From an uncultured Actinomycetota bacterium (GTDB lineage Bacteria; Actinomycetota; Actinomycetes; CAVWCF01), in NCBI GenBank assembly GCA_963753435.1, contig CAVWCF010000001.1, positions 1,344,001 through 1,408,000 on the forward strand: a DNA stretch of 64,000 nucleotides, read 5' to 3'. The position numbers and the translations under genes were made by a program. Shown piece after piece: positions 9,257-18,628 of this stretch. The number at the start of each line of letters is the position of its first letter. Position 1 is the stretch's first letter. A model generated the notes under the pieces. That model did not search any database. It was not told where the DNA came from and saw only the letters and a list, made by a program, of their open reading frames with translations.

Positions 9257-10712
9257 GGCGCGCATCGTCGCATGCGCCCAAGTACCCATCGATCGCGGCG
9301 GCTATTCGCTTACCGTCGCCCATCGCCAGAATGACGGTGGCCGCGCCACGGACGATGTCGCCGCCGGCGAACACCCCCGGCATGGACGACTCCCCCTCTT
9401 CGTTGACGACGATGTAGCCGCGGGAGTCGAGTTCCAGGTCCGGTGCGGTTGCGGTCAACAGCGGGTTTGCCCTCGTCCCGATGGCCATGATGACGTTGTC
9501 GCATTCCACCGTGAACTCCGAATCGGGGATCGGCTCGGGACGCCGCCGGCCGGATTCGTCCGGCTCCCCCAGTTGCATCCGCACACACCGCAGCCCGCGC
9601 ACCCAACCGTCGTCATCGCCGAGCACCGCCACCGGCGAAGTCAGGAAGTCGAACTCCACGCCCTCGGCCTCGGCATGCCCAACCTCCTCCGCCCGGGCGG
9701 GCAGTTCGGCGGCGGACCGTCGATAGACGATCCGCGCGTGCTCGGCACCCAGGCGTCGGGCTGTGCGGACCGCGTCCATGGCCACGTTGCCGCCGCCGAC
9801 GACGGCGACGCTGTGCCCGTGCAGCACGGGGGTGTCGGAGTCCGGCCGCCAGGCGCCCATCAGGTTGACCCGGGTCAGGTACTCGTTCGCGGAGAAGACC
9901 CCCTTCAGGTTCTCTCCGGGGATGTCCATGAACACCGGTAGTCCCGCCCCAACTGCCACGAACACTGCGTCGAACTGCTCACGCAACTGCGGCAGTGTGT
10001 AGGTGCGGCCGATGATCGCGTTGCACTCAATGGTCACGCCCTGGCGCTCGAGCCGCTGCACCTCCCGGCGGACGATCTCCTTGGGCAGCCGAAACTCCGG
10101 GATGCCGTAAAGAAGCACGCCGCCGGGTTCGTGGAAAGCCTCGTACACGGTGACCGCGTGACCGAGTTTGGCCAGTTCGCCGGCAGCCGTGAGCCCAGCA
10201 GGCCCCGACCCGATGACCGCGACGCTACGCCCGGTCGGCGCGGCCGACTCGGGAATCAGATCCAAGTTCTCCGCAGCCCAGTCGGCGACGTAGCGCTCCA
10301 AGTAGCCGATACCGACCGGGGTGCCGTCCACCCCCAACATGCGCGTGCCGCGCGGGCACTCCCCTTCGCACTGCGTCTCCTGCGGACACACCCGCCCAGT
10401 GACGCCCGGCAGCGCGTTGCACTCCAGCAGCACGCGGGCGGCCGACTCCAGATCCCCGGCGACGACGTGACCGATGAACTCGGGCACGTTTACACCGACC
10501 GGGCACCCCTCCATGCAGTGCGGCTTACGGCAACCGAGGCACCGGCGCGCTTCCAGCACGGCGATGTCTCCGGGCAGCCCCAGGTTCACCTCGGCGAAGG
10601 TGTGTGCGCGTTCGGCCGCATCGCGCTCGGGCATGGACTGCCGGGCGATCTGCAGCCGCTGTTTGTTGTTGAGCGGCCCGTCAGGGATCTGCTGGGCGTC
10701 CAGGTGTGGCAT
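9234..10712 (-). CDS. nfnB: NfnB/SudA-type large subunit (GltD-like, two [4Fe-4S] clusters, FAD)
   Basis: CLGCRKPHCMEGCP, GRVCPQETQCEGEC, GSGPAGL, YGIPEFRLPK, VGGGNVAMDAVRTA and GGDIVRGAATVILAMGDG; no gltB nearby and adjacent to nfnA. Confidence 0.85.
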   Translation of the reverse strand: MPHLDAQQIPDGPLNNKQRLQIARQSMPERDAAERAHTFAEVNLGLPGDIAVLEARRCLGCRKPHCMEGCPVGVNVPEFIGHVVAGDLESAARVLLECNALPGVTGRVCPQETQCEGECPRGTRMLGVDGTPVGIGYLERYVADWAAENLDLIPESAAPTGRSVAVIGSGPAGLTAAGELAKLGHAVTVYEAFHEPGGVLLYGIPEFRLPKEIVRREVQRLERQGVTIECNAIIGRTYTLPQLREQFDAVFVAVGAGLPVFMDIPGENLKGVFSANEYLTRVNLMGAWRPDSDTPVLHGHSVAVVGGGNVAMDAVRTARRLGAEHARIVYRRSAAELPARAEEVGHAEAEGVEFDFLTSPVAVLGDDDGWVRGLRCVRMQLGEPDESGRRRPEPIPDSEFTVECDNVIMAIGTRANPLLTATAPDLELDSRGYIVVNEEGESSMPGVFAGGDIVRGAATVILAMGDGKRIAAAIDGYLGACDDARREADRSV

Positions 10713-11545
10713 CACACCTCCACCTGGCAGGCTCGACGTCGCATGGCTTCGGCTTCGAAGTGCGCGTAGGTCGTGAGGCGATCGGCCAAAGAGTCGAAGT
10801 CGACCACGTGACCATCGAACTCCGGACCGTCCACACAGGCGTACTGGGCCTGCCCGTCGATGCTCACCCGGCATCCGCCGCACATCCCGGTCCCGTCGAG
10901 CATGATCGAGTTCAGCGACACGACAGTGTCTATCTGCATCGGGCGGGTCAGCTCCGCGCAGGCGCGCATCATCGGCACCGGCCCGACCGCGTAGACGCGG
11001 TTCACGGATTCGGTTGCCATGACGTCAGCCAACGCATCGGTCACCAGACCCTTGCGTCCGGCGCTGCCGTCCTCGGTGCAGACCACGACGTCGCCGATCT
11101 CGGACAACTCGTCGGTCAGGATCAAACCGCCTGCTGTCCGGGCGCCGACTATGGAAGTCACTGCCACACCACTGTCCGCCAGCGCACTGGCGATGGGCCA
11201 GGTGACCGCGGTCCCCACGCCCCCGCCGACGCAAACGGCACGTCCGGCCGCGAGCAGATCCGTTGGCCGTCCGAGCGGACCGGCGACATCCCTGATGTCA
11301 TCGCCCACTTCGAGATCGCAAAGGTCGGCCGTGCTCTTGCCGACGGCTTGAATGATCAGCGTGATCGTCCCGGCGTCCGGATCCGCCGCGGCGATGGTCA
11401 ACGGGATGCGCTCCGCACCGTCGCCCAGGCGAACGATCACGAATTGGCCCGGTCGGCGTACCTGCGCGATGCGCGGGGCTTCAACGTCGAAACGGGTCAC
11501 CGTTTCCGACAGCGGGTCCTTGGCTCGAATCAGCGCCACTGGCAC
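10712..11545 (-). CDS. nfnA: NfnA/SudB-type small subunit (FNR-like, [2Fe-2S])
   Basis: RPGQFVIVR, ERIPLTIA, GPLGRP, VGGGVGTA and LNSIMLDGTGMCGGCRV..ACVDGPEFD; stop/start overlap with nfnB. Confidence 0.88.
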   Translation of the reverse strand: MPVALIRAKDPLSETVTRFDVEAPRIAQVRRPGQFVIVRLGDGAERIPLTIAAADPDAGTITLIIQAVGKSTADLCDLEVGDDIRDVAGPLGRPTDLLAAGRAVCVGGGVGTAVTWPIASALADSGVAVTSIVGARTAGGLILTDELSEIGDVVVCTEDGSAGRKGLVTDALADVMATESVNRVYAVGPVPMMRACAELTRPMQIDTVVSLNSIMLDGTGMCGGCRVSIDGQAQYACVDGPEFDGHVVDFDSLADRLTTYAHFEAEAMRRRACQVEV

Positions 11546-11597
11546 CTCCGGCTCCAGGAAGTGCCTTCAGTCTTGTCGAAGCAACGCAGACCCGGCA

Positions 11598-11611
11598 GGG
11601 CCCGAGGTCCC
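11598..11611 (-). promoter_or_regulatory. DosR/DevR-like box upstream of nfnA
   Basis: GGGACCTCGGGCCC on the minus strand, about 53 nt upstream of the start; resembles GGGAC-N4-G(T/G)CCC. Confidence 0.55.
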
Positions 11612-11647
11612 CGCGACGGCCAGCCCTTCTCCGCGTGGGCGCCTTTG

Positions 11648-13021
11648 TCAGCGAGGCGAGCGCTTGCTCGACCCCTGGCTGCTGCCCCGGCCGCGCCCAC
11701 TTCTGCCGGCACCCCGATCGGAGTGCGCACCGTGCCGCTGCTGCGGACGACGCGACCGGCCACGAGCCGGCCTGGCAGCGGCGGGTTGAGCCGGGCCCGA
11801 GTGGCTCACGACGGGCTCCACGTGCGGTGCTCGCGGGCCGCGCAGCTCTTCAATGACCGAGTGTCCCTCGGAGACGTTCGTCCGCGTCGGGTTGATGCCT
11901 GCGCGCTTGGACAGGCCCCGGACGCTGCCGTGCTGGTCAGGCGTGGCCAGGGTGATGACGGTGCCACCGGAACCGGCGCGGGCGGTACGCCCCGACCGGT
12001 GCAGGTAGGTCTTGTGATCGGCGGGCGGGTCGACGTGCACCACTAGGCCGATGTCATCGACGTGGATGCCGCGGGCGGCGATGTCGGTGGCGACCAGAAC
12101 CCGAACCTGCCCGTTTGAGAACGCGGCGAGGTTGCGCTCGCGCTGCTTCTGGCTCAGGTTGCCGTGCAGGTCCACTGCCGGGATGCCGGCCTTGGTCAGG
12201 TTCGACGCCATCCGCTTGGCCATGTGCTTGGTGCGGGTGAAGAACAGGGTGCGCCCATGACCGGCGGCAAGGTCATGCACGATCGCGGTCTTGTCGTTGT
12301 GCGCCACGGCGAACACGTGGTGCTCCATCGGCGTTGAATCCACCGAGACCGGCGGGTCGACCTCAACCACCAGCGGATCGCGCGTGTACCGGCGAACCAG
12401 AACGTCGATGTCCTTGTCCAGGGTGGCGGAGAAGAACAGACGCTGGCCCGTCTTGGGCGTGGCGTCCAGCAACCGCTTCACCGGGGGCAGGAAGCCGAGG
12501 TCGGCCATGTGATCGGCCTCGTCCAGGACCGCGACCTCGACCGCGTCGAGGTTGCAGTTACCGGACTTGATGAGGTCCTCAAGGCGACCCGGGGTCGCAA
12601 TCAGTACGTCGACGCCCTTGCGCAGCGCGCTGAGTTGCGGCCCATAGCCAACGCCGCCGAAAACGGTGGTGACCGTCATTCCGGCTGCGCGCGCCAGCGG
12701 TGCGAACGTCTCAGCGACCTGACGTGCCAACTCACGGGTCGGCACCAGCACCAGCGCCCGGGGCCGAAGCACCTGGCGCCGCTTTCCGGAGGCGTCCAGT
12801 GCCATCACGGTCGGCACCGCGAACGCCACGGTCTTGCCGGAACCGGTACGGCCCCGGCCAAGGACGTCGCGTCCGTTGATGGCAGCCGGGATGGCAGCGG
12901 TCTGAATCGGGAACGGATCGGTGATGCCCTGCTTGGCAAGGGCGTTGATCAAGTGGTCGGGGAGCCCGAGCGCGGCGAATCCGGGCGCAGACGTGCGGGA
13001 CTGTTCGGTGTGCGTGTTCAT
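11648..13021 (-). CDS. DEAD-box RNA helicase
   Basis: Q motif, GRTGSGKT, VPTRELA, TPGRL, DEAD, SAT, ARGIHV and HRSGRTARAG; RBS GAGG before ATG 13021. Confidence 0.93.
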   Translation of the reverse strand: MNTHTEQSRTSAPGFAALGLPDHLINALAKQGITDPFPIQTAAIPAAINGRDVLGRGRTGSGKTVAFAVPTVMALDASGKRRQVLRPRALVLVPTRELARQVAETFAPLARAAGMTVTTVFGGVGYGPQLSALRKGVDVLIATPGRLEDLIKSGNCNLDAVEVAVLDEADHMADLGFLPPVKRLLDATPKTGQRLFFSATLDKDIDVLVRRYTRDPLVVEVDPPVSVDSTPMEHHVFAVAHNDKTAIVHDLAAGHGRTLFFTRTKHMAKRMASNLTKAGIPAVDLHGNLSQKQRERNLAAFSNGQVRVLVATDIAARGIHVDDIGLVVHVDPPADHKTYLHRSGRTARAGSGGTVITLATPDQHGSVRGLSKRAGINPTRTNVSEGHSVIEELRGPRAPHVEPVVSHSGPAQPAAARPARGRSRRPQQRHGAHSDRGAGRSGRGRGSSQGSSKRSPR

Positions 13022-13175
13022 TGCTTCCTCAAACTGAAGGTGGGCGGCCGCGGGTGCGGGATACCCAAGCGTCAGCGGGGAATCAGCGCGCCGAATCGGC
13101 GCTCGCAAGTCGACCCGGAATTCGCCCGGCGGGCGCGTTCCGTGCCGGAATCGTCTCACGGATGCGCTGCAGAAC

Positions 13176-14051
13176 CTATTCGCGACTTCGCCCGGGTGCC
13201 ACGGCTTGCAGCACCGCCTCGCTGCCGGCGTACACACCGTCGGCCCGGGGCCAGTGCACGAGCAGGTCGGTGAAGCCAAGTTCGGCGGCGCGCCCGGCGC
13301 AGTCCTCGAAGAAGTCCACCGAAGACAACGCGGCTCTGCCGTTCGAATCGACCATCAGGTATCGGTCCACCGAATCTGCGTTGCGGCCGGCGGCAGCAAG
13401 GGTTTCGGTGAACCGCTGACTCAGTTCAGCCACGCCGTCCCACCACGCCGTCAATCCGTCGGCACCCTCGGTCGTTCCGGTGGTGACCCACCCCTGCCCG
13501 AACCTGGCGGCCAGGCGCATCAGGCGCGGGCCGTTGGCGGCGACTACGAATGGCGGTCGGGGCTGCTGCACCGATGCCGGGATCATCCTCGCGTCCACCG
13601 CCTTGAAGTAGTCCCCGTCGTAGTCGGTACGCGGCCGGGTGAGCAGGGCGTCAAGCAGTTCGACGAACTCCGCGAACCGGTCGGCCCGCTGCGACGGCGG
13701 CAACACTTCGCCGCCGAGGACGGTCGCGTCGAAACCCACGCCGCCGGCCCCCATGCCCACCAGGAGTCGACCGCCGCTGACGTCGTCGAGCGTCATCAGG
13801 TCCTTGGCCAGCGGCACCGGATGCCGGTAGTTGGGGGAGGTGACCATCGTGCCGAGGCGGATGCGGTCGGTTACCCCGGCGGCGGCTGTGAGTGTTGTTA
13901 GGGCGCCGAACCAGGGACCGTCGGCCAACGTGCGCCAGGACAGGTGGTCGTACGTCCAGGCGTGCGCGAAGCCGTACTCCTCAGCCGCCACCCAAAGCGG
14001 CCGTGCTTGTGCCCAGCGGTACTCCGGAAGGATCACGATGCCGAGCCGCAT
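13176..14051 (-). CDS. LLM-class flavin-dependent oxidoreductase
   Basis: HAWTYDHLSW, IRLGTMVTSPNYRHP and LDDVSGGRLLVGMGAG. Confidence 0.88.
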   Translation of the reverse strand: MRLGIVILPEYRWAQARPLWVAAEEYGFAHAWTYDHLSWRTLADGPWFGALTTLTAAAGVTDRIRLGTMVTSPNYRHPVPLAKDLMTLDDVSGGRLLVGMGAGGVGFDATVLGGEVLPPSQRADRFAEFVELLDALLTRPRTDYDGDYFKAVDARMIPASVQQPRPPFVVAANGPRLMRLAARFGQGWVTTGTTEGADGLTAWWDGVAELSQRFTETLAAAGRNADSVDRYLMVDSNGRAALSSVDFFEDCAGRAAELGFTDLLVHWPRADGVYAGSEAVLQAVAPGRSRE

Positions 14052-14093
14052 GGACACGTCGTCATCCTGGCACCGCTAGGCCAGACTCAAGTC

Positions 14094-15488
14094 GTGGACT
14101 TGACGCGACCCTGGCGGGAGTACCCGAGTGCGGCGGAGCTGTCGGCGCGCACGCCCCCTGCACGGGATCGAGTGGTGGACCTCGTTCGCGCGTTCTCGCT
14201 GGTGGTGGTCGTCTTCGGCCATTCCTTCATGGCTCAGGTCGCCTTCGTCGACGGCGGCCTGGAGTTGGGCAACACCTTGGCGCAAACACGGTGGCTGCAG
14301 CCGGCCACGTGGGTGCTGCAGGTGATGCCGCTGTTCTTCGCAGCAGGCGCCTGGGCCAACGCGCTCAGCTACCGCAAGGCCACGGCCTACCCGCAGTGGC
14401 TGAACTCCCGGGTGCGCCGGCTAGTCCGCCCGGTCATCGCCTACACCGGGTTCTGGATCATCGCCTCGCCGCTGCTGCTGGCCTGGAACTACGACGTCGC
14501 CCTCGCGCTGCTGCGGATCTCCACGCAGTTGCTGTGGTTCCTGGGGGCATATCTCCTGGTGACCGCCCTGACGCCGGTACTGATGCGGCTGGCGACCCGA
14601 CCGGTACTGGCCTGTGTCGGCTGGCTGTCGGGTGCATTGCTGGTGGACGTAATCCGGCTGGCCGGAGGTCCCGGTGCCGTCGGCCTGGCCAACTTCGTTG
14701 TTGTCTGGGCACTGGCGGGCCAAGCCGGATTGTGGGCCTTCTCGGCGCGGCACCGGCCGAGCGTTCCCGCGGCGCTGGCCCTGGCCGCGGCCGGCATCGG
14801 CACCAACGCCCTGCTGGTCGGGCTCGGTCCGTGGCCGCTGAGCCTGGTGGGCCTGTCCACGGACGAGATCTCCAACATGGCGCCGCCGTCGGTGGTCCTG
14901 GCGATCCACTGCATCGTCCTGGCGAGCCTCGTCGTCGTCGCCTACTCCTGGCTGACCCGGGTCAGCCAACGGGAGTGGGTGTGGCGACCGACGACGGTCG
15001 TGAACGCCGCCGCGATGACGGTCTACCTGTGGCATCTGGCGGCCATGATCCTGGCGCTGTCCGTACTCGCCGCTGCCGGACAGGACCTGCCCGGCTTCTC
15101 CGGCGGTTCCTGGCTGTGGCCGCGACTGGGGTTCTGGCTGCTCTTCGCCACTTTCACATTCGGGCTGGTCTGGTTGATGCGGCCGTTCGAGCACATCCCG
15201 CTGCCCTGGTGGGACGCCCCGCCCAAATTGCACCCCCTGCAGTCCTGGCCGTACCGGCTGCGCAGTTCGGTCTCGGTGTTGGGCGTCGTCCTGGTCGCGG
15301 TCGGGCTGCTGGCGCTGTCGGTGACCGGACTGGTCGGCTTCCCCTTCGGGGTGACGTCGTCCTACGCCGGGTTCGAGTTCACCCCGGGTCTCAGCATCCT
15401 GGTCGCGCTGGTCGGCATCGGCCTGATCCGTGCCGGCGCCGTGGGCGTGGATCGCTCCGGCTCATCCATCGCCGCCCACTTCGAGTAG
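14094..15488 (+). CDS. Acyltransferase-3 family membrane protein
   Basis: RDRVVDLVRA..VVFGH, TWVLQVMPLFF, LWFLGAY, SNMAPP and MTVYLWH. Confidence 0.85.
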   Translation: MDLTRPWREYPSAAELSARTPPARDRVVDLVRAFSLVVVVFGHSFMAQVAFVDGGLELGNTLAQTRWLQPATWVLQVMPLFFAAGAWANALSYRKATAYPQWLNSRVRRLVRPVIAYTGFWIIASPLLLAWNYDVALALLRISTQLLWFLGAYLLVTALTPVLMRLATRPVLACVGWLSGALLVDVIRLAGGPGAVGLANFVVVWALAGQAGLWAFSARHRPSVPAALALAAAGIGTNALLVGLGPWPLSLVGLSTDEISNMAPPSVVLAIHCIVLASLVVVAYSWLTRVSQREWVWRPTTVVNAAAMTVYLWHLAAMILALSVLAAAGQDLPGFSGGSWLWPRLGFWLLFATFTFGLVWLMRPFEHIPLPWWDAPPKLHPLQSWPYRLRSSVSVLGVVLVAVGLLALSVTGLVGFPFGVTSSYAGFEFTPGLSILVALVGIGLIRAGAVGVDRSGSSIAAHFE

Positions 15489-15632
15489 AGCGAACCGCAC
15501 TCAGCTGGATCGGCCTTTTCCATCGAAGACTAGGGACCTAAGTCACGTTTACCGAATCTCGGGAACGCGACCTCATGCGGTGCCGTCTCCTAATTGTCCG
15601 ACCAATGCACAGATCAGGAGGATCTGAACCTA

Positions 15633-16463
15633 ATGAAGAAGACTTGGATGGCAGGCATCGCAACCGCAGTCGCCGCCGGTGCGATCGCCGTTCCCACCGT
15701 GGCCGGCGCAGCCGAGGGCTACGAGACCAACAACGGGCTTCGCTTCAGCAACCTGACCACCTACTGCGCCGAGGTGCAGATCAAGACCGCCGGCCTGGAC
15801 CGTGGTGCCGTCGCGATCGTTGTTGACGAGTACACCGCCAACGCCGATGTCACCGACCCCAAGGGCTTCAGCGCCTTCAAGAAGTCCAAGCCCACGGCCA
15901 ACGCTGATACCGGGACCATCACGGTCAGCCAGCTCGTCGCTCGCGATGCCGCGGGCAACCCGACGCAGGTGCTGTGCAAGACGAAGGCGTTCGACGGCCT
16001 CGAGGCCGCGTTCGGCCCGGAGATCTTCGACCCGGAGACCCCAGCAATGCCCGCCAACGCCGTGACCGAGTCGGTCTTGCGCGAGGCGCTCGTCACCACC
16101 GACCCCGCGGAGCGCGCGAAGGTGGCCAAGCGGCTAGACACCACCATCGTTGACCCGACCACCTACCAGTTGGGCGGCAACGGCTGGGCCGTGCTGAACT
16201 TCGAGACCATCAAGGCCGACGCCGGTCTGACGCACCTGCGCACCAACGCGCTGTCGACGTCCGCCGACCCGGCAGCCACTCTGCCGAACCCGGTTGTGGA
16301 CGCGCTGAACGCCCAGTTCGGCCGCTTCATGCCGGCACCGCTGCCCTACGGGACCACCCAGGGCGACCTGATCCGGGCCGGACTGCTGGACGCCGGAATC
16401 CTGGGCACGCTGTACACCACGACCCCGACGGTGAACGCGGTCGCGGACGCGCTGACTGCCTGA
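15633..16463 (+). CDS. Secreted hypothetical protein
   Basis: AGGAGG RBS; signal peptide MKKTW..AGA-AE; strong C-ending codon bias; followed by a terminator. Confidence 0.8.
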   Translation: MKKTWMAGIATAVAAGAIAVPTVAGAAEGYETNNGLRFSNLTTYCAEVQIKTAGLDRGAVAIVVDEYTANADVTDPKGFSAFKKSKPTANADTGTITVSQLVARDAAGNPTQVLCKTKAFDGLEAAFGPEIFDPETPAMPANAVTESVLREALVTTDPAERAKVAKRLDTTIVDPTTYQLGGNGWAVLNFETIKADAGLTHLRTNALSTSADPAATLPNPVVDALNAQFGRFMPAPLPYGTTQGDLIRAGLLDAGILGTLYTTTPTVNAVADALTA

Positions 16464-16479
16464 TCTACGCAGCCAACTC

Positions 16480-16520
16480 AAGGGCCACGCGGTCTCCACT
16501 CGGGGACCGCGTGGTTCTTT
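16480..16520 (+). terminator. Intrinsic terminator
   Basis: AAGGGCCACGCGGTCTCC / GGGGACCGCGTGGTTCTTT hairpin. Confidence 0.75.
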
Positions 16521-16620
16521 GCTTCGAACGGTTGCCCCGCACCTGCACCTGTGCGCTTGCGCGGCCTGGGCTAGGTTCCGCCAGCCGTCGTGCATCAGCA
16601 CACTGAGGTAAGGAGTCCGC

Positions 16621-17460
16621 GTGCGTTACTTCGTTCTCGGCGCCGGGTTGACCGGTCAAGCAGTCGCCCGCGAATTGCGCTCTGCCGGGCATCACGTCAT
16701 CGGCAGCACCACGACCCCAGCCAAGGTCGAACCGCTGCAGGAGCATTTCGACGAAGTGCGGGTGCTGCGCGGCTCTGATCGCGAGGCCATTACGGAGGTC
16801 CTAGGTGGCGTCGACGGCGTAGTGATCTCAGCCGGCCCGCCAGCCCTGTTCGACGAGGCCGAACGCGAACGCATTTACCGCGCGGTGTTGGTGGACACTG
16901 CCGAATCCATCGTCGCCGGAGTACGAGCCTCGGGGATGTCCGGCCCGGTGGTCGCCATGTCCTCGATCTCGGTCTACGGCGACGCCCAGAACGACCGGGA
17001 CGAGATCACCGAGGATGGGCCGCTGGCCGAGCCGACCCTCGCCAGCCCCCGCAACTTCCAATTGATGGAACGCACATATCTCGACGGTCTACCCGAGCAG
17101 GCGTGCATCTTCCGCTGCGTCGAGATCTACGGCGCCGACGACCCGCCCGCTGAGGTGCAGCTGAAGATGGTCGTTGACAACCTGGGCGGCCGGTTGCCGT
17201 TCGCGGCCGATGCGTTGCTGTACCGGACCGAGGTTCGTGAGGTCGCCAAAGCCTTGGCGCACGCGCTGGAGCATCGGATGTCCGGCGTCTACAACCTCGC
17301 AGCCCAGGAAGTGCCCGAGACGATCCAGGCCAAGTGCGACGGCATTGCCGCTGAGCAGGGCTGGCCGCCGTTCGAGTACCTGGCCGAACTGGCGAACCCG
17401 ACCAAGCCGCTGTCGGTCGAGCGGCTGACCCAGGCCGGCTTCGCGTTCAGCGGCAACTGA
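16621..17460 (+). CDS. NAD-dependent epimerase / atypical SDR
   Basis: VLGAGLTG Rossmann motif, SSISVYGD, IYG and GVYNL; AAGGAG RBS. Confidence 0.8.
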   Translation: MRYFVLGAGLTGQAVARELRSAGHHVIGSTTTPAKVEPLQEHFDEVRVLRGSDREAITEVLGGVDGVVISAGPPALFDEAERERIYRAVLVDTAESIVAGVRASGMSGPVVAMSSISVYGDAQNDRDEITEDGPLAEPTLASPRNFQLMERTYLDGLPEQACIFRCVEIYGADDPPAEVQLKMVVDNLGGRLPFAADALLYRTEVREVAKALAHALEHRMSGVYNLAAQEVPETIQAKCDGIAAEQGWPPFEYLAELANPTKPLSVERLTQAGFAFSGN

Positions 17461-17516
17461 GCGGAGGGCGTGGGATTCGAACCCACGAGGAGCGTGAACT
17501 CCTAGCGGTTTTCAAG
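17459..17516 (-). repeat. 58-bp exact copy of the 3' part of tRNA-Ser(TGA) (att-like)
   Basis: Identical to 21063-21120; identity ends just past the anticodon. Confidence 0.92.
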
Positions 17517-17860
17517 TTCGCCGGTTGCCCTGCTAGGTAGTCCAAGCCCATGTCATTGAGCCAGTACAGGGTGGTAGTGGGCCGATCCCACAGGCTGCCT
17601 GTCCTGATGCGAGTCGTCTCGCCGCGTGGTTTCGTGACGATTTCGTGAAGCGGGCTTGAGCCTGATTCCCGTCGATGCCGACGACTCACCGCGTCATCAC
17701 TCTGGGCTAGCGCACAGCACCCAAACCGGCCCCTTCGAGTCCAACCGCTCTCGTGCAGGGCGGGCCTTGCGACCCTGACTGCGGGTGGATCGCCGCTTCT
17801 AGTCTGGGGGTGTCGCACCGGTACCGCTGATGGCGGGACTGCGGGGCCCAGGCGAGGTGA

Positions 17861-18625
17861 TTGCTCGTGTCCTCATCCTCATCGGTGTCCGTCGATGCCC
17901 GGCTGGGCGCCGTCGGCTCGCGGATCGACCTTGATGACGTCCACCGGGCGTATCAGGTGGGCGCGACGCAGGTGGTCGCGCTGGACGACATCAACCTGCA
18001 CGTCGATGAGGCCGCGTTCGTCGTGGTGCTCGGTGCGTCGGGATCGGGCAAGACGACGCTGCTGAACATGATCGGGGCTCTCGACACGCCGACCAGTGGG
18101 ACCGTCGGGATCAACGGCGAGGACATCACCCACGCCTCCCGGGAGCAGCGCCGCAAGATCCGCCGAGGCACGGTCAGTTTCATCTTCCAGAGTTTCAACC
18201 TCTTCCCCGCGCTCACTGCGCTGGAGAACGTCCAGTTCGGCGCCGACGCGGCGGGCCGGGACGACTCCTCCGCCGTGGCGGAGGAGACCCTGGCCGATGT
18301 CGGCCTGGCCGAACGGAGTCGCCACTTCCCCCATCAGCTGTCCGGCGGAGAGCAGCAGCGTGTGGCGATCGCCCGGGCCCTGGCCACCGGCAACCCGATC
18401 CTGCTGGCCGACGAACCGACCGGTGAACTGGACTTCCACACCGGCGTACAGATCCTTGAACTGCTCCGCGAGCAGGCAGTGGCGGGCAAGACGGTCCTCG
18501 TCGTGACGCACAACCGCGAGATCTCCCGCGTCGCCGATCGGGTGATCGAGTTGAGCAGCGGGACGATTGTGGGCGACGGACCGCCGGCTGGTGGCCGGGC
18601 GGACATCTCGGACCTGCGCTGGTAG
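17861..18625 (+). CDS. ABC transporter ATP-binding protein (LolD/MacB type)
   Basis: GASGSGKTT, FQSFNL, LSGGEQQRVAIARAL, LADEPTG and VVTHN. Confidence 0.93.
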   Translation: MLVSSSSSVSVDARLGAVGSRIDLDDVHRAYQVGATQVVALDDINLHVDEAAFVVVLGASGSGKTTLLNMIGALDTPTSGTVGINGEDITHASREQRRKIRRGTVSFIFQSFNLFPALTALENVQFGADAAGRDDSSAVAEETLADVGLAERSRHFPHQLSGGEQQRVAIARALATGNPILLADEPTGELDFHTGVQILELLREQAVAGKTVLVVTHNREISRVADRVIELSSGTIVGDGPPAGGRADISDLRW

Positions 18626-18628
18626 CCC

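Noticed and set aside
9234-10712. Glutamate synthase small subunit (gltD)
   Set aside because: There is no gltB large subunit, and the partner is an NfnA-type FNR, so NfnAB fits better.
17459-17516. Second tRNA-Ser(TGA) gene
   Set aside because: The 5' half (acceptor 5' strand and D arm) is missing, so it is only a fragment.
17447-17818. 123-aa minus-strand ORF as a possible integrase or excisionase remnant
   Set aside because: No tyrosine or serine recombinase motifs, and it runs through the tRNA-derived repeat.
17835-17849. GGGACTGCGGGGCCC as a further DosR box before the ABC genes
   Set aside because: The spacing is one base off and the site is too close to the start; likely chance at high GC.
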